A stretch of DNA of 64,000 bases from Candidatus Multivoradales bacterium (GTDB taxonomy: Bacteria; Acidobacteriota; Thermoanaerobaculia; Multivoradales; J023), in assembly GCA_965248925.1 (NCBI GenBank), contig CBDFLE010000006.1, positions 4,480,001-4,544,000 of the forward strand. The letters are read 5' to 3'. The notes below the pieces were generated by a model. The model was not told where the DNA came from, ran no database searches, and saw only the letters and a list, made by a program, of their open reading frames with translations. The position numbers were made by a program, and so were the translations under genes. This document shows, in pieces, positions 60,249-64,000 of this stretch (within the stretch, counting starts at the first letter, position 1; each line of letters opens with the position of its first letter).

Positions 60249-60590
60249 TCAAGCAGCGAACATCTCTTGCAGAATTCGCAGTGATTCGTCGAGCGCTTGG
60301 GGCGACAGCTGGCCGAGTCTCCGGGTTAATCGCCCGCGATCCACGGTGCGGATCTGGTCGAGAACTACGTGGCCATCCTTGCCTTGGAAGCGGTATTGGA
60401 CGCGGAAAGGGTAGGTGTGACTGCCGCTGGTGAGGGGGGCAACGATGTAGGTCTGAGTGTAGGTGTTGATTTCATTTGGCGACACCACGACGCACGGCCT
60501 CATTTTTCTGATCTCACGGCTGTGGGTTGGATCGAGGGCAACCAAGTACACCTGGCCGCGGCGTACGGCGCTAACCCTCACCACTGCCAT
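60249..60590 (-). CDS. MazF/PemK family toxin
   Basis: RGQVYLVALDPT...EI.K.RPCVVVS; DQIRTVDR.RL. Confidence 0.92.
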   Translation of the reverse strand: MAVVRVSAVRRGQVYLVALDPTHSREIRKMRPCVVVSPNEINTYTQTYIVAPLTSGSHTYPFRVQYRFQGKDGHVVLDQIRTVDRGRLTRRLGQLSPQALDESLRILQEMFAA

Positions 60591-60826
60591 TCTTCACTAT
60601 CAAAGTGCGTCGCTACAGGACTATCCAGCAGCTCGTCTTCGTCTCGACTTGCCATGGACTGCGCAGCCTTTGCCCAGCCTTGGCGGGGCCGTTCGGCCCG
60701 GCTGATCACTATTTCCCCTTGCCGCAGCTTGAGTTCGACCTCCTCGGCCAGGCCGGCCTCTTCGATGAAGGCTTTCGGCAGGCGAACTCCCCTTGAATTT
60801 CCAATTCTGACGAGCTTGGCCTTCAT
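60578..60826 (-). CDS. MazE/AbrB family antitoxin
   Basis: MKAKLVRIGNSRGVRLPK. Confidence 0.92.
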   Translation of the reverse strand: MKAKLVRIGNSRGVRLPKAFIEEAGLAEEVELKLRQGEIVISRAERPRQGWAKAAQSMASRDEDELLDSPVATHFDSEEWQW

Positions 60827-60913
60827 TACAGAGCCTCCGCGTGTAATCACATGGTAATTACTTTACGCAAAGGCGTCAAGCAGGTCAACGCGGGGGCAGC
60901 TCAGCGAAATCGC

Positions 60914-61339
60914 TCAGTCCCTGAAAGGGTTGAAGATCCTCAGTCCAGCGATCTTCTGGTCGTGCTGTAAATCTTCGCTGTAGAGGATCTCGCATTCGGC
61001 GTGCAGAGCAGCGGCGACGATCAGCGAGTCGTAGAACGAATAGCGCCAACGCTGCTGGAGGTCGAGGGCTGAATGATAGAGTTCTCGTGAGGGATAGACC
61101 TCGCACAGGGGTTGCAAGACCTCGTCGAGATAGCGATGAGTTTCCGCCGTGGTTAGCGGCTGTTCAAACTTGCGAAGCGCTACGTTGAGCCACTCTTGCA
61201 CCACCTGAAAGCTGATCACTCCTCGGCCTTCCGACAATGCCTGACGCACGAGTTCTAGCGCCTTGGCCTGCTTGGTGGCCGCGGAGGGATCGAAGGTGTA
61301 GGCGAGAATGTTGGTGTCGAGAAAGAATCTAGCGCTCAT
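60914..61339 (-). CDS. VapC PIN-domain toxin
   Basis: FLDTNIL; QVVQE; SFYDSLIVAAA; LYSEDLQ. Confidence 0.92.
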   Translation of the reverse strand: MSARFFLDTNILAYTFDPSAATKQAKALELVRQALSEGRGVISFQVVQEWLNVALRKFEQPLTTAETHRYLDEVLQPLCEVYPSRELYHSALDLQQRWRYSFYDSLIVAAALHAECEILYSEDLQHDQKIAGLRIFNPFRD

Positions 61340-61550
61340 TCATCTCGTCCCGACTGAATCGCCGGCCGGCCTTGACATGGGCCAGATCCTCCATAAGAGC
61401 ATCAAATCGACTCGACGATCGACCGCTTTGGCCGTAGCGTGCTAGCCACTGGCGAAAAGCCTGATTCAGGCTAGTGTGCTCTCGAACCGCGCGCTCGCGG
61501 GCGGCCCGGATCAAGGCCACGTCAGCGCTCAAAGTGATGTTCTTGGTCAT
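61329..61550 (-). CDS. Ribbon-helix-helix antitoxin (VapB-like)
   Basis: KNITLS.D..LI..AR..A.....SLN; C-terminal FSRDEMNER; overlaps vapC. Confidence 0.8.
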   Translation of the reverse strand: MTKNITLSADVALIRAARERAVREHTSLNQAFRQWLARYGQSGRSSSRFDALMEDLAHVKAGRRFSRDEMNER

Positions 61551-61662
61551 CTTCAGGCTCCTAGACGATTCCAATTTCAAGCAAATCGAATCTGTCACAC
61601 TATTCTAGTGCGCACAAGTGCATCGTCTGCCGCCAGCGTTACGAGAGTACCGACTGGCGTCG

Positions 61663-63933
61663 TCAGGTGAACTGCCGGATCCACGTCGCCCAGAGGGGGT
61701 AGGCGACCTCTAGCCCAGCCGCGGTTTCGGCGATCAGGCGCTCTTCCTTGAGCGCCAGCACGGCTTGGCGGAACTCGTCGCCAAGAGGCATTCCTCGCGC
61801 CAAGCGGCGCAGCACTTCGCGGGCGTCTTCGTCACAGTCGCGGTCGAAGAGGTCGTGGAAGAGGGTCTGATCGTTGATCGCCAGGTCGAAGGCCGTTTGC
61901 AGGTCGCCATCGCTGGCTTGCAGCCGACCCACTTGGTTGAGGTGCTTGCAGAGTTGGTCGCAGACCAGCTGGATCAAGTACGGGTGACAACGGGTTTGTT
62001 CCAGGATCCGCTCGGCCCCGCCGGGTGGGTAGATGTCGGGAAAACCCACCATCGGCTCGGTGATCAGGCTGCGGGCCGCCGGCGGGTCGAGAACGTGGAT
62101 CCGCCGGGGAGTGATGCTGATCAGCCGGTCGGTCCAGTGTTGGCCAAGCCGATGGAGGGGTCTGGCCGAGACCAGCAGCAGGCGGATGCGGTCGAGCTGA
62201 TCGCTCGCGGCGCGCACGAAATCCAGGAAGTCGGTGTTGGCCCAACCTTCTTCGATGGCATCCTGCAGCCGCTCGACTTCATCGACCGCTACCAGCACTC
62301 GTTGGTCAGTGGCGGCGAGCTGCTGGTCGAGGGTGATCAGAGCTTCGAGGACCACTCCCCAACGTCCCGCCGGTACCAGCAGCTCGAAACCCAAATCGGC
62401 GATTACCTCGGCCACCCAACGGTCGGGGTGGTCGCGGTGTTGCGAGCCGCTGAGTCCTTGCATGCTCAGGACTCCGACCTGGGCGTTGGTGCCGAGGTGT
62501 CGGGGCAACATATTGAGCAGCGAAGACTTGCCCATCCGACGCTGGCCGGTGACCAGCAGCGCGCCGCGTCGTTCCCCGAGCAGGTCGTGGTCGATCAGGT
62601 GGACCAGATCCTGCCGGCCCTTGAACAGCTGCTGATCCGCTGCGTGCAGAACTTTTCCCGCGACGAAGGGAGTTGGCACTTGCGGCTTTTCTGCGATCTC
62701 ACGTTCGAGCCGCTGCTGTTCGTCTGTGACCACCCGCAGCCATGCCTCGGTGACGGATGGCGGTAGATTGCTGCCGTCGCTCACTGGTGTTCGAGAGCTA
62801 CCTCGCAGCGGCCGGAGGATGGCTTGCTCGGCACGATTCAACGCCTCTTTTCGACGGTGTTGGCTGCGGCTGACTTGTGCAGCTTCGAGATCTGCGGCCG
62901 CGTCACGGATGCTGAGGATCGGGTCTCTAGGGTGAATCTCGGCAGGCGGTGGCAGAAAAGGTAAGTCTAGGGCGGCCACCTCAGCGAAGGAGTGATGGCG
63001 TGCTGCCACGGTCAGGGTATCGGCTTGGGCTTGCAGCAGCGCGCGGCGGGCGACGGACTTCTGGCCAAGGGTGTCGGCTGCTCGGGTGATCAGCGCTTCG
63101 GCACCGGCGGGGTCCACGCGGGCCAACCGGACCAGGAAGCCCTGCAAGGCTGGGAGCGGAAAGTAGATGAAATCGTGGTGTAGGTATGGGAGTGCACGGC
63201 GAACGTCCCGGCCCTGGCGCTGCAACATCCGCAAGCCGAACATCCACAGGCTTTCAAAGAGATAGATCGGCAGCCGTAGATAGGTCGGTACGAAGGCGAC
63301 AAAGAAAGGGATCCCAGTAGTGAAGCCTGTTAGGATGCTCTCCTCAGCAACGCCGCCAGCAACGCCGAAAGCAACGCCGACAGCAACGCCGCCAGCAACG
63401 CCGCCAGCAACGCCGCCAGCAACGCCGCCAGCAACGCCGCCAGCAACGCCGAAAGCAACGCCGACAGCAACGCCGCCAGCAACGCCGCCAGCAACGCCGC
63501 CAGCAACGCCGACAGCAACGCCGACAGCAACGCCGACAGCAACGCCGAAAGCAACGCCGCCAGCAACGCCGAAAGCAACGCCGCCAGCAACGCCGACAGC
63601 AACGCCGCCAGCAACGCCGACAGCAACCTTTCCGAACTCGATCTCGAACCCCAGGCCCTTTAGCAAGAGCGAGCTGAAGACCGCGAGTGCAGGTCCCACC
63701 GCGAGCAGAATGAAGAGATATCTAGCAAATAGCACTGCCGCCATCTGCTGACCCGATCGCCAGCTCCGGAGTAGCTTCCATCCTGATATATCCGGATCGA
63801 TCTTGAGATCGCGGAGCAGCCGATGGAGTTGCAGTGGCTGCATGAAGAAGAGCCAGGTGAACCGCCAATAACCTGGCAACATTGGGTCTTTCAGCTCAGG
63901 CATCGACCACGTATCTCCTCCAAGATTCGCCAA
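61663..63933 (-). CDS. Membrane protein with GVAx repeats and C-terminal P-loop (STAND/AAA-like) ATPase
   Basis: PFVAG...FKGR; Walker A GQRRMGKSS; Walker B VAVDEVE; HPYLIQL. Confidence 0.8.
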   Translation of the reverse strand: MANLGGDTWSMPELKDPMLPGYWRFTWLFFMQPLQLHRLLRDLKIDPDISGWKLLRSWRSGQQMAAVLFARYLFILLAVGPALAVFSSLLLKGLGFEIEFGKVAVGVAGGVAVGVAGGVAFGVAGGVAFGVAVGVAVGVAVGVAGGVAGGVAGGVAVGVAFGVAGGVAGGVAGGVAGGVAGGVAVGVAFGVAGGVAEESILTGFTTGIPFFVAFVPTYLRLPIYLFESLWMFGLRMLQRQGRDVRRALPYLHHDFIYFPLPALQGFLVRLARVDPAGAEALITRAADTLGQKSVARRALLQAQADTLTVAARHHSFAEVAALDLPFLPPPAEIHPRDPILSIRDAAADLEAAQVSRSQHRRKEALNRAEQAILRPLRGSSRTPVSDGSNLPPSVTEAWLRVVTDEQQRLEREIAEKPQVPTPFVAGKVLHAADQQLFKGRQDLVHLIDHDLLGERRGALLVTGQRRMGKSSLLNMLPRHLGTNAQVGVLSMQGLSGSQHRDHPDRWVAEVIADLGFELLVPAGRWGVVLEALITLDQQLAATDQRVLVAVDEVERLQDAIEEGWANTDFLDFVRAASDQLDRIRLLLVSARPLHRLGQHWTDRLISITPRRIHVLDPPAARSLITEPMVGFPDIYPPGGAERILEQTRCHPYLIQLVCDQLCKHLNQVGRLQASDGDLQTAFDLAINDQTLFHDLFDRDCDEDAREVLRRLARGMPLGDEFRQAVLALKEERLIAETAAGLEVAYPLWATWIRQFT
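63346..63627. repeat. 12-bp tandem repeat, ~23.5 units, encoding G-V-A-[G/V/F]
   Basis: AGCAACGCC-GCC/GAC/GAA units. Confidence 0.95.
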
Positions 63934-64000
63934 CTATGCGGTAGCTGGCGTCGATTTGCACCAGCAAGCCCCGGCTGGCGAGTTCCACCGCCAGACGCCG

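Noticed and set aside
60885-60913. Possible further gene-end remnant (SDFAELPPR*) between TA pairs
   Set aside because: No parent gene inside the window to compare with.
63320-63751. PAT-repeat and LLAA-repeat ORFs, or a CRISPR-like array
   Set aside because: These are shadow frames of the 12-bp coding repeat; there are no unique spacers.

Overview
GC-rich bacterial window. The gene repertoire suggests an Acidobacterium, possibly Thermoanaerobaculia; this is inference only. The main feature is an ~18 kb non-flagellar type III secretion (T3SS) cluster at 7435-25562. It encodes an SycD-like chaperone, two needle-like paralogues, SctI/J/K/L/N/O/P, an FHA-SctQ fusion with an internal start, FliO, SctR/S/T/U/V and two further FHA proteins. 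No secretin, gatekeeper or translocon is recognisable, which resembles the Myxococcales-type secretin-less system. Two elements are missing from the ORF track. One is a 21-aa peptide gene (MLNKNSANACQKWGMAIDPNG, strong RBS) tail-to-tail with an HTH-TPR regulator, a candidate peptide/receptor pair. The other is a UGA-selenocysteine peroxiredoxin-like gene with a SECIS-like hairpin. Two accessory tracts are each bounded by a diverged duplicate of the neighbouring gene's 3' end (sycD-like and fadJ). The window also holds an avidin-family gene, a Cys-free Bcp homologue, a mini IS6 element, a TPAT/TRAP transporter among beta-oxidation and acylase genes, groESL with two CIRCE operators, pfk, gap, fic, an ECF/anti-sigma pair, ogt, three toxin-antitoxin pairs and a membrane ATPase with a GVAx tandem repeat. 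Single-base frameshifts in groEL and fliO look like homopolymer sequencing errors. I saw no rRNA, tRNA or CRISPR array. All alignments and counts were done by eye.
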